DNA from: a virus
Taxonomy: Duplodnaviria > Heunggongvirae > Uroviricota > Caudoviricetes
Length of the DNA: 64,000 bases
Reading direction: 5' to 3' (one strand)
Virus record (IMG/VR): IMGVR_UViG_3300028800_000057
The translations under genes and the position numbers were made by a program. This document shows, in pieces, positions 57,291 through 64,000 of the stretch. The notes below the pieces were generated by a model, which saw only the letters and a list, made by a program, of their open reading frames with translations, ran no database searches and had not been told where the DNA came from. The first letter of the stretch is position 1. The number at the start of each line of letters is the position of its first letter.

Positions 57291-57651
57291 GATCTCTTTG
57301 GCTTGACGATGTACGGACGCCACCTGGCCCTGATTGGCTTTGGGTGAAGACTTCCCTGGAAGCTATCAAGGCGCTCCGAGCAGAATAGTTCGAGGTCATC
57401 TCTCTTGACCATGACCTCGGTGAGGGTGCAGGGGATGGGTACGAGGTCCTTCAGTACCTCGAAGCAGAAGTATTCAGGGACCCTTCGTGCAAACTCCCTA
57501 GGACAATAGTTGTCCACTCGGCCAATACAGTAGCGCGCCAAAGGATGCTGCAAGCCGTGAAGAGTATCGAGAAAATAAGATCAGAGTATTGACTTTCCCA
57601 TATAATTGAGGGACTCTCCTTGAGACCGCTACTAAAGGACAAGGAGATTGC

Positions 57652-58293
57652 ATGCCAAGTGGAACTAACAGACCTCCCAGATTCAGAGGTCGTATGTTTG
57701 GATTGAAAGGTGATCCTAACTTCCCAAGATTGGCCAGGGACGGGCTACCGTGTCAATCCGATGCTTTCAGGATGATTTTGGCTGGAGGTCCTCGAAGCAT
57801 CAAAGAAATTATTTCCCTCCTTGAAGCACTTGATTGGATGCCCTACACCAAAGGTGACAAGGAACACTACATCGGGAATAACCTGAGTATCTGTTGTGGT
57901 ACTAAGGCGAAGGGAAACGATAGGATAGAAAGGGATCGCAACGGGGACAGAGAAAACTTTGGGTTCTATCGTCTTCGCAATAGGGACCATAGGCTTATGA
58001 AGTGGGTCTCAGAGAATAAACCTGAACTACTTCATTCGAATGCACTAGATCTCATAAACGCTTCTAAATCCAAGCCTGAGCACAAGCCAGTCTCAAAGTC
58101 TACATCAGACAAGGGAAATGGTAGCTCAAAAGCTCCGCTCGCCGTAAGCCCACCTGAGCACACTCTGGTCATTGGTCCAATTAAGGGTGTGTTTCATGTT
58201 AGCTTGTTTGGCAAGCGGGACCCGCTGTTCACGGTCGACTTCGAATTATTCCCTTCTGCTGATCAGGTCCATGGCCTTGGAGGTCGACGCTAA
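57652..58293 (+). CDS. Winged-helix-like domain protein
   Basis: GPRSIKEII..L...DWMP......YI.NNLS, similar pattern to 32931-33506 C-terminus. Confidence 0.6.
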   Translation: MPSGTNRPPRFRGRMFGLKGDPNFPRLARDGLPCQSDAFRMILAGGPRSIKEIISLLEALDWMPYTKGDKEHYIGNNLSICCGTKAKGNDRIERDRNGDRENFGFYRLRNRDHRLMKWVSENKPELLHSNALDLINASKSKPEHKPVSKSTSDKGNGSSKAPLAVSPPEHTLVIGPIKGVFHVSLFGKRDPLFTVDFELFPSADQVHGLGGRR

Positions 58294-58999
58294 CGTCATC
58301 TCGAACTCCTCAACGACCCAACTATCCGGCGCGGGGCGTTTACCGGTGCGGTAGTCTCCATCACAGTAATTCTTGAGGCTGCAGATCACTTGCCCTCGAG
58401 TGTTCCAGGTCTTCCCCAACTTGGTCCACTTGGGACGACTACCACCGGTTGAGTACAGTCCGGTTGTAAGATCCTTGATCTTGAAGACAGACTTCATCGC
58501 CCAAGCTTCCTCTTGAGGCGATGAAGCTCATCTTCATCCTTCTCGCGCTGGTCAGCTTCATCCTTGATTCTCTTGCGAGACTTGCGCTCAGCCTTCTCGA
58601 TACCACCCTCGTGGTCTGCCCTCCAAGTGGAGCCGATCTTATCACTAGCCGCGTACATAGCGGCTTCCATGTTGGGGGCGTTGAGCTGAGTGATCCGGAT
58701 TCCGCAACCAATGGTGTAGTCACATCCTCCAGACTGACGTTCTACTAGGTAGTATGGCATAGTCCAGTGATTTACACCGGAGCATTATTGAAGTAGGCTA
58801 GGTATCCAATGAACCCAGTCTTGTATCTGGCACCTCTGTTGAACAAGGGTGGACCCGCGCCGCGCCGGACCCCGCCGTCGAAGTCCAAGGTTTTTTGGAT
58901 CACCCTGGGGTGCTTGGCGCTGGCTGGCGTGACTACTTGGTTCTTCGTCGAGCACCCTTCAATCGGAATTGTTCAAGCCAAGAGACCAATGGGGAGACC

Positions 59000-59416
59000 C
59001 TAGCTCTTTATCGAGTCAGGTACCCAATCAGAGGGGTCGACGACGGGTGCGACGATACGGTGGAAGAGGGAGATCAACTCCTCTTCCAGGTCGTCCTTGA
59101 GCGCCGGGAAGGCTTGGGATAGTCTGAGACGATTAGGGAGCTGCCCCCTCACGACGTCCCAGAACCTATCCTCGAACGGGTTCAGGAGCTCCTCGTGGTC
59201 GGGGATCTTCTTCATGTTCTGCCAAGTAGCAAGTGTCCTATCACACAGTTCAACGAGTGTGTAGTCGTCCTTGGATATGTTCTTGGGTCGCTCTGCTTCA
59301 CCAACCATGCGGACCCGAACCCACTTCCTCTCGGGACACCACATGACAACCCCTATTGCAACCCACCAATAGGGATCCTGCAGCCTAATGGCAAAGACGG
59401 AGTATTGGGCGGGCAT
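59000..59416 (-). CDS. DUF3037-like hypothetical protein
   Basis: YSV........IGVV pattern; weak. Confidence 0.45.
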   Translation of the reverse strand: MPAQYSVFAIRLQDPYWWVAIGVVMWCPERKWVRVRMVGEAERPKNISKDDYTLVELCDRTLATWQNMKKIPDHEELLNPFEDRFWDVVRGQLPNRLRLSQAFPALKDDLEEELISLFHRIVAPVVDPSDWVPDSIKS

Positions 59417-60120
59417 ACTTCACTAGGAGCATTTGTATCAGATGATACTCCTAGAGAGTAACTCAGTACTCCTGTGGTTCATTTGGGTTACCGCGTCGTG
59501 GGGGTTCTATGTTTACCCCAGGCTTGATGCTCTTGAGGATGAGCGCGACCGCTTCATCGAGTTGCATGTCCTGGGTTAGTTGGAGGTTCTCTATCTTGGT
59601 TTCGTAGGAGCCATCAGGGTTTGGCTTGAGGGAGTAGCAGTCTTGGATCATGCCCAGCCCCGATGAGTGATCTACCCAACCCCCACCCATGATGCCGTAC
59701 TGGTCAAGGTTATGAGTACGGAGCCCGGCGGCCTTGAGCTGTGCAACGGCTTCTTCTTGTGTCATAGACCCTCTTTAGCATGAAATGAGCAGAATTGGGT
59801 ACCATCATAATCCGGTATGGGGTGCCCCCAGTACTTGCAGAAAGGTACCTCGCAGACCTGCCCGCGATTAGCACAAGTCGCGCAGGTCTCGGGGCGAGGG
59901 ACATACTGCCTAATCTCTTGTTTTGGATAGAGTTTTAGTGGTGGTTGGGTTCGTGCTCGCAACAAGTTACCGAATACGTCAAAGAGCACGTATATCACCG
60001 ACGGCGGAATCTTATGGTTAACCATCAAATAACTGGTGTTCTCTCGTAACGTGATAGGCGAATGCGCGGGGGCTCTGGGGGATCCGGTTGGCCCTTTGTA
60101 GGGCAATGGCCGGGCATAAA

Positions 60121-60720
60121 TTACATCGATCTCATACCACCAAGGTCGAATGCCATGGAGATGATGGGGTGTCCAGTCACATCAGTTCTGGAGTCAACTC
60201 GTATATCTCCAAGTTGAGGGACGAAAGTTAGAGTCATAGTTCGAGACTCATTCAAGTTCTGATCTAGTCTGGCTTCTACAACCCCAGCAGCAGTCAGTAG
60301 CGGCCCCAACCCATCTCGGACTGGTTCGGGTATCTCGGTCGCTTCCTCTTCATCTCTGGACCATACCCGTTCAACGTCTGCTGCTCCGCCGGTGGCGAGT
60401 GTCCTTCCAATCTCGTGAAGGAGCATGAGCATAGTGTCCCCAGTCACTGGACCAATGTAGTTATTCAGGATTCTAGTAGTTATGGCCTGCACACGACGGT
60501 GGATCGCCTGGGATATTTGAGCCTGTGCAGGTGGAATCAGGGGCACCCCGTCTTGGTCAACGACAACCCTCTCCAATCTACTAGCCCAATCTTTTGGTTT
60601 TAAGTCATGACGCTCCACCGGGACTCCGCGTCTCGGGCGTATCCGGTTCCAAAATCTCTCGAATTGGTCTTCATCAGCCACGGGATTATATACACTAGGT
60701 TCAGGGGCCGGGTTGATCAA
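60121..60720 (-). CDS. Hypothetical protein, partial paralog of 50181-50969
   Basis: DEDQFERFWNRIRPRR. Confidence 0.7.
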   Translation of the reverse strand: MINPAPEPSVYNPVADEDQFERFWNRIRPRRGVPVERHDLKPKDWASRLERVVVDQDGVPLIPPAQAQISQAIHRRVQAITTRILNNYIGPVTGDTMLMLLHEIGRTLATGGAADVERVWSRDEEEATEIPEPVRDGLGPLLTAAGVVEARLDQNLNESRTMTLTFVPQLGDIRVDSRTDVTGHPIISMAFDLGGMRSM

Positions 60721-60804
60721 AGTAACAAGCTCAACGATTTAGTTGAGATTCGTGCTCTCCGCGCGTAATACTGGTCGATTCCAATCTAATACTTGAGGTG
60801 AGAA

Positions 60805-63491
60805 ATGGATTCCATCAGTAAAGTTACGGCAAATTGGGTGTCAGAGGTTATAGGTCTCGCTACAGGAGAGGTGTCTCAGCTACTGGCTGATGCGGTTCCT
60901 ACTCAGGCAGAGGGTCTAGTCAGTGTCAAAGGGGTGGAAAAGGACCTTGGGGTTACCATCATTCGAGTCGAGATCACCATAGAAAGCAGACAAGTGTACG
61001 GTCTCGTCGTCGTAAGAACGAGCCTCCAAATCATAAGGGATGGTGTGACTATCCTACTGAGTGGGGATCCCGTGGCGCTTGTCACTGGTATCAAGGCAAA
61101 AGCTGCTGAGTTGGTTACTTGCCTGAAGATAGCTCCTAACGGGTATCGAATTTAGTACAGTTATACTGTCGCCCGGCTTGAGCAATAACCGAATCCTGTT
61201 GAAATTACAGATTACCCTAGTAGTATGCCAGGATGAGCTGTGACTGGAACGTTTTCTGTCGTACCTGTAATGATGAACATGGGTTTGATGACGCAAATCA
61301 CATGGTGGATCTTATGTTCACCCTCATCAGACACGCTGATGCTATCGCCGGTCTGACTTCATTGCTGGATAGCACGTCAGACGTGGTTCTGAAGACTCAC
61401 TACGGGGAGATTACCGCTGGGTGGTTCAAGAAGCATCTGGGTCATGATTTGGTGGCCCGTTCCGAGTACGGAGATATTCGTGAAGTACCAGAGAATCCTG
61501 TTGAGAGCGAAAACCCTCATGCGTAATAGAGAGTATGGAAAAGCTCACCAAGTCCGAGAGTCAGATTCTTGCTAAGGTTGAAGCTGGCGCAACCGCAGGG
61601 GCTTTGATAGGGCTGGGCATAAGTCCGGAATCCCCTCACTTCTCGGACCCAGAGTACCGATTCATCAAACGGTTGTATGAAGCTAATAAGATCGTTTGGG
61701 TACCTTGGAGCAAAGTCCATGGTGCCGGTTGGGCTCTTCCTGGTAGGTTCCCAGAGGTCGGTGAGTACTACGTCGAATTTGATGAAACTGACGAGATGTA
61801 TTACGTCTACCACACCAATACCGGTGACCACACCTACTCATCCTGGTGTGATAAGGAACAAGCCCAACGTGATGCAGACCGACGCAATGGTGTTGAGAAA
61901 CCCTAACCTCGCGCGTAATAAAGAGCATGTCGTCATCAAGAACTCCCCGCTACGTAGTGAACTTTACCACTGTTCACCCGACCCAGTTCCACACGGGCAT
62001 TGAATGGAAGTTGAGTGTTCATGGTCAGCCGACTGACAGCAACCTCATATCCTTCTGCGCGAAGTACGAGGAGTCAACTCGGAGTGGTGGCTGCAACGAA
62101 CACCTGGGGCCGATGCAAATCTCCGAAGCCAAGATTGTTGATCAGAAGACCTCCAAGGTCGTAGCTGAAGCAATCTTCGCATCCTAGTACGATTCTGTTG
62201 AGAAACCTAACCCTCACGCGTAATAGCTACTATGGCAATGTACAGCAGCAAAGCACTCGAGAAACAAGCACACGAACTCAATGCTCAGATCTTAGCTGCG
62301 TTGACTGCAGCAGGAATCAAAGCTGAGTTGAGTGAAAACTCAGAAGGAATCAAGATTCCTGAGTACACCTACTACATACTCAGTGTCAGTGAGCCTTACT
62401 CTGGGTCTACTTGGAGTCGTAACCCTTCAGGTAAGCTCGAAGTGGACTTTAGGTCGGTCCATACGGGCATGGGTTGTCTCTGTCACGCCAAACGGTTCAA
62501 GATTGACACCAAAGATCTGATCAAGAAGGTAGTAGCGAGTGTCAAAGAGCGCCGGGACGCCCTCGTTGCTGTAGCCAAGCGGGACAAGGAAAAAGACAAG
62601 GCTCAACGATCTCACCAAAAGATCCTCAGGGCCATGAAAGAGAACTACCCTGAGTTCTATGGTAACATCGAGCACCACGAATCTCAGATCAATCTTAACT
62701 TTCGTCGCCTGACGGAGGGCGAGGCTCGGTTGATCCTGATGACGCTTCGCAATGCCGGCATCAATAGTACTCCCGCCCTCACGGATGACTCAGACTCTAA
62801 TAACGAGGACTAACATGTACGAAATTGGACTCAGGCGGTTGTTCTCTGATGCTGAGGCAGCCAAAAACAATGACAAGATCGTGGAGCAGATCCGCGGGTA
62901 CTTCAACAATGAGAGTTGGAATCTCCTTCAGAGCCGGTATGCTTGGTGGGTCATGGGAGTCATTCGCTTCATGGAGCAAGAGAATTGCTCCAGCTTGGAA
63001 GTCATGACCGAGAAGCTACAGGAGAAGATCCGGAATGCCAAGACCTCAGAAGAGATCATGGACGTTCGGATAATCTTCAATGGTGATGCTTGGTTGACTA
63101 TCCAGGCTAGGTTCTGTTGGTGGACTATCGGAGTTGAGAAGTTCCAAGCAGATCGAAGGGCAGCATGAACATCGAATACATCGTGGTCTGTAGAGAAGAC
63201 CGGAAGGATGATGGGACCCCCGGTGACTATACGCTGGTGACCCGCACCGTATTCCCCAACAAGGAAGCGGCAGAAACTTTCGCCGATGGGTGCGCAAGTG
63301 AGCGACAAGCCATCGTTGTGGGTGGCAGATTCGACGGGTTGCGCCGGGACTTTGAGGATAGGTTTGGGGCTTCAAAGAAGACCACTTACATCTGTGGTAG
63401 CAAAAGTACCACCGTGAGCGAGGATACTGGCGTTGTCACCGTTCAGGACTCTAATAACCCTCAGACCACCAAGCACCTTTCACTTTCTTAG
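60805..63491 (+). other. Run of small + strand genes mostly under class A promoters (60805-61155, 61233-61526, 61535-61906, 61927-62187, 62232-62813, ~62815-63168, 63165-63491)
   Basis: TTGAGA/CGTAAT promoters at 60743, 61501, 61893, 62198. Confidence 0.7.
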
Positions 63492-63534
63492 GCTTTTGGT
63501 TGAGTTTCGAGTACCACTGCGCGTAATACCTAAC

Positions 63535-64000
63535 ATGGCAAACAGCGAGATCAACTACAAGCAACTTAGAGACGGAACATGGGGCCTTGCTGGAATCAAT
63601 CTAGTGCCCGGTACGACGGTTACGGTCACCAAGAAGTCCAGGGAGACCAAGCGTGAAGTTGTCGGAGCCATCGTGTGGAAGAATCGAACCGACGGCTTCT
63701 GTTACGCCACTATCGCTACCGAGCAGAGTGCCCAGGCCCCTCAAGCTAAAGCAGCCCCCAAGGCCCGTAGCACCGCTACCAGAGGCACCTCTACTACTCG
63801 TCGTAGCAGCCGTCGGTCTGGTAAGCAAGAAGGCGCTCAAGAGGGCAAGTACCAGTCATCGCGTGAAGGCGATGATGGTGATGAGGTCGGTCGAGTATGC
63901 TGGCTCCGGACCCGTGGAACTCGAATCCCCGTCGTCGTGATTGGTTGGAGCACTGGCTACTGCAAAGAAGATGGCCTCTCAATGTGCTTACCCATGGATG
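63535..64000 (+). CDS. Hypothetical protein, runs off window end (MANSEINYKQLRDGTWGLAG...)
   Basis: Class A promoter at 63500-63527, ATG 7 nt downstream, frame open to end. Confidence 0.75.
   Translation, partial: MANSEINYKQLRDGTWGLAGINLVPGTTVTVTKKSRETKREVVGAIVWKNRTDGFCYATIATEQSAQAPQAKAAPKARSTATRGTSTTRRSSRRSGKQEGAQEGKYQSSREGDDGDEVGRVCWLRTRGTRIPVVVIGWSTGYCKEDGLSMCLPMD

Larger units (their letters stand above)
13489..63527 (+). promoter_or_regulatory. Dispersed class A promoter family TTGAG(A/T)-N15/16-CGTAATA (at least 17 copies)
   Basis: -35 starts at 13489, 21304, 32892, 34878, 41262, 42256, 43741, 46195, 46851, 47409, 48633, 56833, 60743, 61501, 61893, 62198, 63500. Confidence 0.85.

Noticed and set aside
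1-64000. Genome-wide TAG recoding (alternative genetic code) suggested by the in-frame TAG at 13976
   Set aside because: Many genes, including tagged ones and cas12, end in TAG directly before the next start; ORFs pack well in the standard code

Overview
64-kb segment of what looks like a large (jumbo-type) bacteriophage genome in the standard genetic code. It is densely packed with short hypothetical genes on both strands, and I found no recognisable tRNA/rRNA genes or core replication or capsid genes. Recognisable genes: a DDE transposase fragment, two HU/IHF-like proteins, a type IV pilin-like protein, Thg1 with an AAA_33/PNK-like kinase, a FliA-like sigma factor, GIY-YIG and Vsr/DUF559-like endonucleases, PIN, zincin and ATP-grasp proteins. 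The main finding is a compact type V CRISPR module with no cas1/cas2 nearby (14.6-18.8 kb). It comprises a candidate tracrRNA with two anti-repeat segments, a Cas12f-like effector whose three RuvC catalytic motifs all look substituted (probably nuclease-dead), an accessory coiled-coil gene and a 19-repeat array. The tracr's signature hairpin (AGCGAG-N11-CTCGCT, covarying inner stem) recurs in the effector's own 5' UTR and at two distant loci. One of those loci is a 138-bp TIR/TSD-flanked mini-element that splits a gene. Separately, nine otherwise mostly unrelated reading frames end in the same C-terminal tag (SRY-x-R-x-[P/W]-VI-stop), including a 10-aa peptide made only of the tag and an extension behind an in-frame TAG. 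Two recurring upstream motif classes (one implying leaderless mRNAs) and two origin-like skew-switch regions are also visible. All homology calls come from motif recognition by eye; no searches were run.
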